Assembly: GCA_965215265.1 (NCBI GenBank)
Contig: OZ244048.1
Coordinates: 3,360,001-3,424,000 of the forward strand
Length of the DNA stretch: 64,000 nt
From: Candidatus Poribacteria bacterium
Lineage (GTDB): Bacteria > Poribacteria > WGA-4E > WGA-3G
Direction of reading: 5' to 3'
Made by a program: the position numbers and the translations under genes
Shown: one piece after another, positions 50,990-59,352 of the stretch
Layout: every line of letters begins with the position of its first letter
Position numbering within the stretch: the first letter of the stretch is position 1
The notes under the pieces: model-generated
What the model saw: the letters and a program-made list of their open reading frames with translations, nothing else
Told to the model about the DNA's origin: nothing
Database searches by the model: none

Positions 50990-51707
50990 AATGTAAGTGT
51001 GGACCTGTTGAAACACCGGTGTTCCCCGTGAGCCCAATAACCTTGCCCTGTTCCACACTTTGTCCGACCGAGACTCTGATTCTTGACAAGTGTCCATACC
51101 ATGTTGTAAAATCGCCGGCGTGTTGTATTCCAACGACTTTCCCATAACCACCTTTTCGTCCGGCATAGATAATTTCTCCGGCTTGGACCGCATAAACACG
51201 AGTTCCAACAGATGCCCTGAAGTCTATACCTTCGTGTAAACGGTACCTGCCCGTGATTGGATGCAATCGATGACCGTAAACTGATGTCACATCTATAGGT
51301 ATTCGTAACGGGCATTCGAAGATCGTCTCTCTGCCGGTTGGAATAAAAATTTTCATGCCGATCCGGATCTGTCGCGGGGAGGAAATGTTATTGACTAATT
51401 GAAGCAACTTCCACCCAAGTCCGTGACGATACGCAATTTCAGACAACGTATCGCCCTGCTGGACTTCATATGATATACCCTTATCCGATTTCACCGGAAT
51501 CAGCAGCATTTGTCCAATCTGTAGTTTGTTGGCGTTCAGAATACCGTTGGCTTGGAGAATGGCGTTAAGAGATACATCATACTGTTGGGAAATCTGCGAC
51601 AACGTTTCTCCTTTCTGAACCTCATGTTGTTTACTAAGACCTAACGTACCTCTGGATATTGAAACCGTTAAGAAAAAAATGACAAAGATATAAAACTGTT
51701 TTCTCAT
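50931..51707 (-). CDS. LysM x2 / M23 family peptidoglycan endopeptidase
   Basis: Two VQxGxTLSxI LysM repeats; HEGID (HxxxD), YGHL, STGPHLHFE. Confidence 0.93.
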   Translation of the reverse strand: MRKQFYIFVIFFLTVSISRGTLGLSKQHEVQKGETLSQISQQYDVSLNAILQANGILNANKLQIGQMLLIPVKSDKGISYEVQQGDTLSEIAYRHGLGWKLLQLVNNISSPRQIRIGMKIFIPTGRETIFECPLRIPIDVTSVYGHRLHPITGRYRLHEGIDFRASVGTRVYAVQAGEIIYAGRKGGYGKVVGIQHAGDFTTWYGHLSRIRVSVGQSVEQGKVIGLTGNTGVSTGPHLHFEIRYKGKSEDPARYLALP

Positions 51708-51775
51708 TTGATGATACCCTAACTCTGTTTCTAAAAATACTGCGCTCGGGGGCTCGCTCGTACAAATTAAATATG

Positions 51776-52297
51776 CTAATCGGCTTCAACGCTTAGCAAT
51801 ATTGTCTTTGTTTCTGACAAAATTTGGGTATCGGTATCAATTCCAGCAGCACCAACGGAAACTATCTCGCTAATCACTGTCACAACTAATTGGATGACTT
51901 CAACCTGGATATTTTCTCCGTCCAACGTAGACGGAGCACTCCAGGTAACTGGATTTTCATCTGTGGCGGAAAGCGTACCATAGTTGGTAACGTTTAGCCA
52001 GTGCAACGTGACACTGGTACCTTTAACCCCTTTTATCGAAGCTGTTAGTTCCACGTCTTCCCCGGGGGTTACCGTTTTTTTCGTAACGGTAACCTTGACG
52101 TTAAGCTTAGCAACTTCCTCTTCTGCGTTTTTGTTCTCCGAGTCAGTTGTTAACTCGATAATATCATCGGTAGTTGCGTCCGTTGTACCGGATTCGGATA
52201 CAGGGTTGTTTAGGTTGCTACCGCCGCAACTCACGAAAGTTAAGACGCAACTGACAAGGAGAATGTTTAATAATATTAAGAATTGAGAAGCTCTCAT
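51776..52297 (-). CDS. Putative lipoprotein with an Ig/PKD-like domain
   Basis: GAGG RBS; lipobox FVSC; V.LTAS...W...GTLS...VTWSAP. Confidence 0.65.
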   Translation of the reverse strand: MRASQFLILLNILLVSCVLTFVSCGGSNLNNPVSESGTTDATTDDIIELTTDSENKNAEEEVAKLNVKVTVTKKTVTPGEDVELTASIKGVKGTSVTLHWLNVTNYGTLSATDENPVTWSAPSTLDGENIQVEVIQLVVTVISEIVSVGAAGIDTDTQILSETKTILLSVEAD

Positions 52298-52540
52298 AAC
52301 TCTTCCTCTTTTTGTTGTTTCAGAACAACAGATCTGTTCTGATAAATAAGAATGACTATATCATTAGATAGGTTTCTCGTCTGTCGGCATCTAAAGCATG
52401 AAAGGGAGTGCCTTACTGAAACGCTATCATTACAAACGAATAGGAAGAGAAATAGTTACAATCTGGGGGAGAGCATGCAACGAATGGGTGAGAACCAAGA
52501 GAAGATATCCCGGTCCTCACGTATTATCTCTATGGATAGT

Positions 52541-53329
52541 CTATTTTTTGGTGCTTTCTATTTCCTGACGGAGAAACGCTATTATATCTGCAATGTCCTG
52601 ATCTGACAAGATATCGGAAGCGTAGAACGGCATGAGCGAACCGCCTCCCCGAATTTTAGTTGCCCAGCGCACCATGGTTTTGTCAATATCACGCGGTGCC
52701 CGAGAACGGACGAGTTGGGGTCCAATGCCCCCTTTTCGGACAGTCGGATGGCAGGTAACGCATGCACGCCCGAAAAGCTCCCAGCCTTTTTTGGTATCCC
52801 CGGCCATACCAGCAATTTTTTCGCCTGCAGCTTTTTTCGCATCACTATCCAGCATCTCCATCGTGAATTGGGGGCCCTTATTGTCCCCAGAGATCGCTTC
52901 AAAATAAGCCATGAGTGCCTCGGCGTATTCTGCTGGAATGGCTGTGGGATTCACTTTATCATGGGCGACACCTTGTAAAAAATGCTCGTAGCAGAACCCA
53001 CCTCCACCGGCGGCGCGTGCGAAATCGGCGTTTTTAATCATACCACCTTTTGCTTCACCGCGGTGCGGTACACCGACAATGCTATGTCCCGCGCGAATGA
53101 CACCGTCCGGGTTTGCCTTATCATCAAAATCCGCATGACAATTAGCACACGTCAGCCCCGTTGCCTTTTTCTGACCGGCAGGAGCATTTGCAGGAATTGT
53201 GCCTTTAAAGGTTGGATCGTGGAACAACTCGCGACCGAGTTGGGCTTTTTCAGATAATTGCCCATGAGCAAGTAAAACATATCCAATTACCAATATCACG
53301 CCCAATGAAAACCAAACAAATTTGCGCAT
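52541..53329 (-). CDS. Periplasmic diheme cytochrome c (TsdA/SoxA-like heme 1 region)
   Basis: Signal peptide; CANCH and CVTCH; extra Cys in FCYEHF followed by ALMAY; distal MP. Confidence 0.8.
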   Translation of the reverse strand: MRKFVWFSLGVILVIGYVLLAHGQLSEKAQLGRELFHDPTFKGTIPANAPAGQKKATGLTCANCHADFDDKANPDGVIRAGHSIVGVPHRGEAKGGMIKNADFARAAGGGGFCYEHFLQGVAHDKVNPTAIPAEYAEALMAYFEAISGDNKGPQFTMEMLDSDAKKAAGEKIAGMAGDTKKGWELFGRACVTCHPTVRKGGIGPQLVRSRAPRDIDKTMVRWATKIRGGGSLMPFYASDILSDQDIADIIAFLRQEIESTKK

Positions 53330-53537
53330 CAAGAATCTCCTTATCCTTTATTTGATTAATTTAAGGATAGGCGGTAGTCGCCTATCAATTGCTCATTAAT
53401 CTTAGAGGAATTTTAGCAAAATTCTGATTAATTATCAACAATAAAAATTAGTTTTGGCAGCGAAAAAAGTTGGGCATCCATTTAAGTGTGCGAACAACTT
53501 TTTTGTATTTACAGGTGCGGGCGAGCTCGCTATCAGA

Positions 53538-54170
53538 TTAGCGGGCAGGAGTCTTTCCGGGACAGACTAAAGATTTACCTGGGTGCTGATCTGCGGATCC
53601 TTCTAAAGCAGCGATGTATGGTAAATTCCGATATCTGGCATCGTAATCGAGTCCGTAACCGACAACGAAAACGTTGGGAATTTCGAAGCCGCAATAATCA
53701 ATGTTGACGTGGATTTTGCGTGGCGAAGGTTTATTCAGAAGTACGCAAACTTTAACAGTTTTCGGGTTTAGGGAACTGAGATGTTCCATGAGAAGCGCCA
53801 AGGTACTTCCACTCTCAACAATATCCTCTACAATGAGGACATGCTTGTTTGTAAGCGCATCACTCCCGCCGTGAATAAGTTCCACTTCTGATGGCTTTGT
53901 GCTGCGTTTGTAGCTAGAGAGTTGCACAAACTCAAAACGGAGCGGTCCTGGAGCAGAGAGCGGTGCCTCTATTTCAGATTGAAGAGGTACTTGCAATGGT
54001 GCTCTATAGATTGCTCGCGCTAAATCCGCATAAAACATGACCGCGCCACTCAATACACAGAGCAGGACAAGTTCCTGTTCTTTATAATCGTTAGCTATCT
54101 GTATGCCCAACTCATGAACGCGACGCTGAATGTCAATTTCAGAAATTAGAATGAATTGTGGAGTCAGCAT
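53538..54170 (-). CDS. hpt: Hypoxanthine phosphoribosyltransferase
   Basis: VLSGA, SSY, VLIVEDIVESGST, FVVGYGLDY..YRNLPYI. Confidence 0.95.
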   Translation of the reverse strand: MLTPQFILISEIDIQRRVHELGIQIANDYKEQELVLLCVLSGAVMFYADLARAIYRAPLQVPLQSEIEAPLSAPGPLRFEFVQLSSYKRSTKPSEVELIHGGSDALTNKHVLIVEDIVESGSTLALLMEHLSSLNPKTVKVCVLLNKPSPRKIHVNIDYCGFEIPNVFVVGYGLDYDARYRNLPYIAALEGSADQHPGKSLVCPGKTPAR

Positions 54171-55666
54171 GAGTCTTTTAATGTATATTGTAGATGGAGA
54201 TATCTTTGAGTACTGTCGTGAACCTTGGTCCGCTCATTGGTGGTATATCCGATGACCCACAAAATTTCATCACCGCTGACGAGGAGCGGCAGGTGTTCGC
54301 GTTCATAAAGAGGTAACTTAGCATCAATAAAAAAATCTTTAAGCTTTTTAGTTCCATTCATGCCATATGGTTGAAATCTATCACCTGGCTGCCGATTGCG
54401 AATGATCAGAGGCAACTGAATTGTGTCCCAATCAAATACCGCGGTAAACGTACCATCGGGAATTGGAAAGGTATCGGGCGGAGAGGGCTCGACTACATCT
54501 GCGGTAATGTTCGCATTTAAAGCGGGAATAAACGTTTTGCCACTGATAGCAATAGGATGGGTAAAATCTTTGCGCCTGTTGTCCGGATTTACTTCAAAAA
54601 TCAGCTGCTGGTAAGTGCGTCGGAATTGTGAACCGTTGGGGAGAGCTAACACAGCATTGGGGGTATCTCCACTCACTACATCAAGAATTGCTTGGTAGTG
54701 TTGAAAATAGAAATCGTTCAGCTGCCCCTGGAGTACAGTAACAGCGTGCCGCAGAATACGCCGTTGCAACGCGATGTGGTATTGACAGAACTTTTCCCTG
54801 TCTAATACGATTGTGTTTTCATGCTGTGGGATGAGATGTTCTGGCTTGCTATGAATAGACGGAAGTTGACAAGCCTCAAACCCGTCATGTGCAACTGTAT
54901 CAAGGTATTCCGATTCTGACCTTAACACTTCAGCAGTGCGATTTAACCCTGTTTTGATATTCGGATTATAGTTGCGTTCAAGCAGTGGTATCAATTCATG
55001 CCGGATGCGGTTTCGGAGGTAACGTTTATCTGTATTGGTGGCATCGTGTAGGGGTTTGATGCCGATGGAGTTGAGAAACGTTTCAATATCTTGTCGGGTA
55101 AATCCTGCGAGCGGACGGATAATTAACGGAGGAGTTACAGTCCGTTCAGTTTTCACTGCTCCTTGCTTGTGGGTAGAATCAGGTCCGTCTCTAATAGGAG
55201 CAATGCCTTTCAAACCACTAGGACCTGCCCCACGGAGTAGGTTCATCAAAACTGTTTCGGCGGTATCGTCCTGATGGTGTCCAAGTGCAACTTTAGTGGC
55301 ATCGATTTGCCGAGATAGAACTTCATAAAATTCGTAGCGTGCTGCACGTCCCGCTGCTTCCAGGGAAGATTTCTGAGGCTTTAGCGTCTGTCGTACATCA
55401 ACAGTACGGAGCGTAAATGGCAGCGCCAGACGTTTTGCGTGCTGCTGTACAAATTTGGCATCGGTATTAGAATCCGGACGGATGCAATGATTTAAGTGCG
55501 CAATGTGGAGGGAGCAATTTAACTGGGTCTGAAGGGCATGCAACCCGTAAAGCAGCGCGAGCGAGTCAGCCCCGCCGGAGACAGCAACAACTACCCTATC
55601 GTCTTGTTCGATCAAGGCATGTGTCGAGATAAAGCGATGCAGCTGGTGTACAAAACGGGAGGTCAT
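54164..55666 (-). CDS. tilS: tRNA(Ile)-lysidine synthetase
   Basis: AVSGGADS PP-loop, EAAGRAARY, GHHQDDTAET, RNRIR, KKLKDFFID. Confidence 0.96.
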   Translation of the reverse strand: MTSRFVHQLHRFISTHALIEQDDRVVVAVSGGADSLALLYGLHALQTQLNCSLHIAHLNHCIRPDSNTDAKFVQQHAKRLALPFTLRTVDVRQTLKPQKSSLEAAGRAARYEFYEVLSRQIDATKVALGHHQDDTAETVLMNLLRGAGPSGLKGIAPIRDGPDSTHKQGAVKTERTVTPPLIIRPLAGFTRQDIETFLNSIGIKPLHDATNTDKRYLRNRIRHELIPLLERNYNPNIKTGLNRTAEVLRSESEYLDTVAHDGFEACQLPSIHSKPEHLIPQHENTIVLDREKFCQYHIALQRRILRHAVTVLQGQLNDFYFQHYQAILDVVSGDTPNAVLALPNGSQFRRTYQQLIFEVNPDNRRKDFTHPIAISGKTFIPALNANITADVVEPSPPDTFPIPDGTFTAVFDWDTIQLPLIIRNRQPGDRFQPYGMNGTKKLKDFFIDAKLPLYEREHLPLLVSGDEILWVIGYTTNERTKVHDSTQRYLHLQYTLKDSC

Positions 55667-55746
55667 GAGCCATGTCTAAAAAGATATTGTCCGTTAGAAC
55701 TTTCCTGCGAACGACAAGCGTTCTTTAGGGCGGAACCTGGCCTAAA

Positions 55747-55818
55747 TGCCGGTGCGGAGAGTCGAACTCCGGACAGCACGATTATGAGTCGTGTGCTCTA
55801 CCACTGAGCTACACCGGC
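55747..55818 (-). tRNA. tRNA with CAT anticodon (elongator Met, or Ile2)
   Basis: GCCGGTGTAGCTCAGTGGTAGAGCACACGACT-CAT-AATCGTG...GTTCGACT...CACCGGCA cloverleaf; CCA not encoded. Confidence 0.93.
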
Positions 55819-55848
55819 GAAGAGTTAAATGTAAGGGAACTCTAAAGA

Positions 55849-55922
55849 TTGCAGGGGTGGGATTTGAACCCACGTCCTCCGGGTTATGAGCCCGACGAGC
55901 TACCTGACTGCTCTACCCTGCG
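55849..55922 (-). tRNA. tRNA-fMet (CAT)
   Basis: CGCAGGG...CGGGCT-CAT-AACCCG...CCCTGCAA; C1:A72 mismatch and three G-C pairs in the anticodon stem. Confidence 0.95.
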
Positions 55923-55973
55923 GTAAGATGGATTGGAGAATGACTTCTACAGTTCTCTTACGACTTACAGAAG

Positions 55974-56060
55974 TGGTCGAGGAGGGACTTGAACCCTCAC
56001 ACCTTTTTAAGAGGCGATGGATTTTAAGTCCATTGTGTCTACCGATTCCACCACTCGACC
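55974..56060 (-). tRNA. tRNA-Leu (TAA)
   Basis: GGTCGAGTGGTGGAATCGGTAGACAC-ATGGACT-TAA-AATCCAT, long variable arm, GTTCAAGT. Confidence 0.95.
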
Positions 56061-56073
56061 GGCACTGTATTAT

Positions 56074-56192
56074 ATAGTATACCCTATTTCAAAAGATTTG
56101 TCAAATTTTTTTGCTTTTTGATGTTTTTAGCGGTGAAGGTTAATTTCCCACGCCCGTGTTAATAGTATACCCTATTTCAAAAGATTTGTCAA
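56074..56192 (-). promoter_or_regulatory. Two identical sigma70 promoters (31-bp direct repeat) upstream of the tRNA-tilS-hpt unit
   Basis: TTGACA-AATCTTTTGAAATAGGG(17)-TATACT at 56074-56104 and 56162-56192. Confidence 0.85.
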
Positions 56193-56223
56193 TGTCTTTC
56201 GTTTTTGGCGTTTTTTACAGAAA

Positions 56224-56320
56224 AGTAGAAAGCCGGTACCGGTTCCTGTTAAATTCTTTGAGATAACTCCCTATTTGAGTTCTGTTTTTAGTAGAAAGCC
56301 GGTACCGGTTCCTGTTAAAT
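56224..56320. repeat. 31-bp direct repeat pair containing the palindrome CCGGTACCGG
   Basis: AGTAGAAAGCCGGTACCGGTTCCTGTTAAAT at 56224-56254 and 56290-56320, 35-bp spacer. Confidence 0.9.
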
Positions 56321-56387
56321 CCTAGATTCTTATCTTACGTCTCTTATATCTAAATTTCTTTGTAGCTGCAAGGAAATCTGTTTTTTC

Positions 56388-56416
56388 TTGACTTTTTCTC
56401 CAATTGATTCTATAAT
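56388..56416 (+). promoter_or_regulatory. Sigma70-type promoter for the LLM monooxygenase operon
   Basis: TTGACT-17 bp-TATAAT. Confidence 0.7.
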
Positions 56417-56568
56417 GATAGAAGATAAAGAGTAGATCTGAGGGCAAACGCCCCGCTTGCATCCAGAAGTGAAATGCTGTTTGCATGCAAATTTAGAGAT
56501 ACTCACGTGGAAGTTAACGGAGACAGAAATGCAGATTCTTGATAGTGAAAGGGATATCAAATAAAGGG

Positions 56569-57858
56569 ATGAAATTCGGGCTATTTTATGAACATCAGAT
56601 TCCCCGTCCGTGGCATGAAGGGGCAGAGCATAAGCTCTTTCAGGACGCGTTAGCCCAAGTAGAGTTGGCGGATAAACTCGGGTTTGACTATATTTGGGAG
56701 GTTGAACACCATTTTCTTGAAGAGTATTCACATTCTTCTGCACCGGAGGTGTTTCTCGCAGCTTGCAGTCAACGCACCGAACAAATTCGATTGGGACACG
56801 GAATTGTGCTGATGCCACCGGCTTATAACCACCCGGCGCGTGTTGCTGAGCGAATCGCAACATTGGACTTGGTGTCAAACGGACGCGTGGAATGGGGTAC
56901 TGGAGAATCTGCCTCACACATGGAGCTGGGTGGATTCAACGTTGATCCGAAGGTGAAGCGGCAGATGTGGGCAGAATGCACGTGCGAGACGGCTAAAATG
57001 ATGGTTCAATCGCCTTACGCGGGGCATGATGGGCAGTACTTCTCAATGCCCACACGCAATGTATTACCGAAACCGTTGCAAAGGCCGCATCCGCCTCCAT
57101 GGATGGCTTGCTCCAGCCGCGACAGTCTCCGATACGCAGCCAGATACGGCCTCGGCGCGCTTACCTTCGCGTTTATTGATGCCAACGAAGCAAAATTCTG
57201 GGTAGAAGAATATTATGAACTCTTTGAAAAGGAGTGCAAACCTCTCACGCAAACCGTCAACCCTAATATCGCCATGGTTTCGGGATTTTCATGTCACGAT
57301 AGTGAAGAGATAGCCATCGCTCGTGGCTTAGAGGGTTTGCGTTTCTTCCGCTTTGCCCTTGCACATTATTATCACAACGGTTCGCAGATTCCCGGAAAAA
57401 CCGATATTTGGAAACTATATAAAGAAACCCCGGAGGAACCTACTGAGGGACGAGCAGGGATAGGCACCCCTGACCAGGTGCGAGAACACTTGGAGGTAAT
57501 GGAGAAAGCCGGCGTAGACCAGGTCGTTTTCATTCAGCAGGCCGGGGGCAATCGACATGAACATATCTGTGAATCGATGGAACTTTTCGCTGAACGGGTT
57601 TTACCTGACTTTAAAGATCGAGATTCCGCTAGCACCGCACAAAAAAACTCTCGGTTTGCCAAAGCGATTGTGCACGCTGAAGCACGGAAACCCTCTTTGA
57701 AACGTCTTAATAAGGTCCCACCTGTGGATGCTTATCCGCTCCTGAGAAAAAAATTAGAGGTAGACGAGGCAGCAGAATCCGATCAGACTGACATCAGTGA
57801 TGATGGCAAAAAGTTTCTCCTTTCAATAGAGGGTGGAAAACGGCGAGAGACATCATGA
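56569..57858 (+). CDS. LLM-class flavin-dependent oxidoreductase (luciferase-like)
   Basis: MKFGLFY, WEVEHHF, IRLGHG, RVAERIATLDLVSNGRVEWGTG, PKPLQRPHPP. Confidence 0.92.
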   Translation: MKFGLFYEHQIPRPWHEGAEHKLFQDALAQVELADKLGFDYIWEVEHHFLEEYSHSSAPEVFLAACSQRTEQIRLGHGIVLMPPAYNHPARVAERIATLDLVSNGRVEWGTGESASHMELGGFNVDPKVKRQMWAECTCETAKMMVQSPYAGHDGQYFSMPTRNVLPKPLQRPHPPPWMACSSRDSLRYAARYGLGALTFAFIDANEAKFWVEEYYELFEKECKPLTQTVNPNIAMVSGFSCHDSEEIAIARGLEGLRFFRFALAHYYHNGSQIPGKTDIWKLYKETPEEPTEGRAGIGTPDQVREHLEVMEKAGVDQVVFIQQAGGNRHEHICESMELFAERVLPDFKDRDSASTAQKNSRFAKAIVHAEARKPSLKRLNKVPPVDAYPLLRKKLEVDEAAESDQTDISDDGKKFLLSIEGGKRRETS

Positions 57859-59288
57859 AAAACGTCCTGATAATTGACGACGATGAGAAAATTTGTTGGG
57901 CATTTGAGCAATTCCTTGAAGCAGAGGGGTATGTGCCGAGTATTGCGAACAATGCTGAAGAAGGTTTACTCCGCATTGCATCCGAGAAGCCTGATGTAGT
58001 CTTACTTGATGTGAAGCTGCCGGGTATGAGCGGTTTAGAGGCGCTGAGTCACATTAAGTCTCTCCATCCGTGGGCTATCGTGATTATCATCACAGCATAC
58101 GACGATGTAGAGACAACAATCGCCGCGATGCGTTCCCAAGCGTTTGATTTTGTCCCGAAACCGATCGATTTGGATGTTGTGAAAACCGTTCTGGAGCGTG
58201 CCTTCCGCATCCAATCTGCCCGCAGTACACTGCCCGAGCAGGAAGCAGGCTCCGGATTGCCACGAAAACAGGGACATCGACTTGTTGGGAAGAGCGAACC
58301 GATGCGTGAAATCTACAAACTCATCGGAATTCTGGCGAGCAATACGATGACAGTGCTCATTGAAGGCGAAACCGGAACAGGTAAAGATCTTGTCGCGCGT
58401 GCAATCCACGCCGGTAGTGAGCGGAAAGAGAAGCCGTTCATACCGGTCGATTGTGGTGCACTGCCGGATGAACTTCTGGAAAGCGAACTGTTCGGCTATG
58501 AAGCCGGTGCGTTCACTGGTGCGAAAGCTGAAGGTAAACCGGGGCGGTTTGAGTTGGCGGATGGCGGTACGCTTTTCCTAGATGAAGTTGGGAACATGAC
58601 ACCCGCGTTGCAAGTTAAACTCCTCCGTGCGCTCCAAACCCAAGAAATTGAGAGACTTGGCGGGACTCGAACTATTAAGGTTGATGTCCGAGTCATCGCT
58701 GCTACCAATCAAGACCTCGCACAGATGGTTAGTCTTGGAAAGTTCCGAGGCGATCTCTACTATAGGTTCAAACGGATCGCGCTCCATCTCCCGCCTTTGA
58801 GAGAACGACGCGAGGATATTCCGCTGCTCGTTACACATTTTCTCCAACTGACACAAGATGAATTGCGGAAGCCGATACGTGGTATTTCTGAAGCAGGGAT
58901 GAAACTCATACAACAATACGAATGGCCCGGCAATGTGCGTGAATTGGAGAATTGCCTCAGGAGCGCGGCGACGCTTACCCGCGCAGATGTTATTCTGCCT
59001 GACGACTTACCTATAGAGGTGCAGAACGGAAACCGGCACACCGCAACCGTCGGATTTTCTGAGATGGATATAGAGATATCATTCAGAGCTGTTTTACAAC
59101 GTATGATCCGGGAAGCGGTTGCTGAAGAAAAAGATGGACTTTATGAGGAGGTGGTGGCGATGTTAGACAAAGTACTAATCGGGATAATTTTAGATGAATT
59201 TTCAGGAAATCATAGCAAAACTGCCGACTTGTTAGGGATAAGCCGCACTACCCTCATAAAGAAGATAAAGCAACATATAGAGAAATAG
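57855..59288 (+). CDS. Sigma-54-dependent response regulator (NtrC family)
   Basis: Receiver (IIDDD, LDVKLP, KP); AAA+ [27 protein letters not shown]; Fis-type HTH. Confidence 0.95.
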   Translation: MKNVLIIDDDEKICWAFEQFLEAEGYVPSIANNAEEGLLRIASEKPDVVLLDVKLPGMSGLEALSHIKSLHPWAIVIIITAYDDVETTIAAMRSQAFDFVPKPIDLDVVKTVLERAFRIQSARSTLPEQEAGSGLPRKQGHRLVGKSEPMREIYKLIGILASNTMTVLIEGETGTGKDLVARAIHAGSERKEKPFIPVDCGALPDELLESELFGYEAGAFTGAKAEGKPGRFELADGGTLFLDEVGNMTPALQVKLLRALQTQEIERLGGTRTIKVDVRVIAATNQDLAQMVSLGKFRGDLYYRFKRIALHLPPLRERREDIPLLVTHFLQLTQDELRKPIRGISEAGMKLIQQYEWPGNVRELENCLRSAATLTRADVILPDDLPIEVQNGNRHTATVGFSEMDIEISFRAVLQRMIREAVAEEKDGLYEEVVAMLDKVLIGIILDEFSGNHSKTADLLGISRTTLIKKIKQHIEK

Positions 59289-59352
59289 AGTTCACGGTAT
59301 TTAATCATTTGATTCAATCTCGTTAAAACTTGGCTTACGGAAGAGGAACAGA

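Noticed and set aside
50990-51208. Long N-terminal extension of the barrel-SLT ORF
   Set aside because: It overlaps the conserved M23 domain in another frame; a later start gives a sensible signal-like N-terminus
56074-56320. CRISPR array
   Set aside because: There are two different repeat pairs with only two copies each, one pair is a promoter, and no cas genes are present
56440-56560. c-di-GMP-I riboswitch (GGGCAAAC)
   Set aside because: Lacks the GNRA P2 loop, second GCAAA element and P3 receptor
56330-56917. 195-aa antisense ORF and other shadow ORFs in the ORF track (e.g. 32954-33460, 59301-59825)
   Set aside because: They overlap well-supported genes on the opposite strand or another frame and have no recognisable motifs
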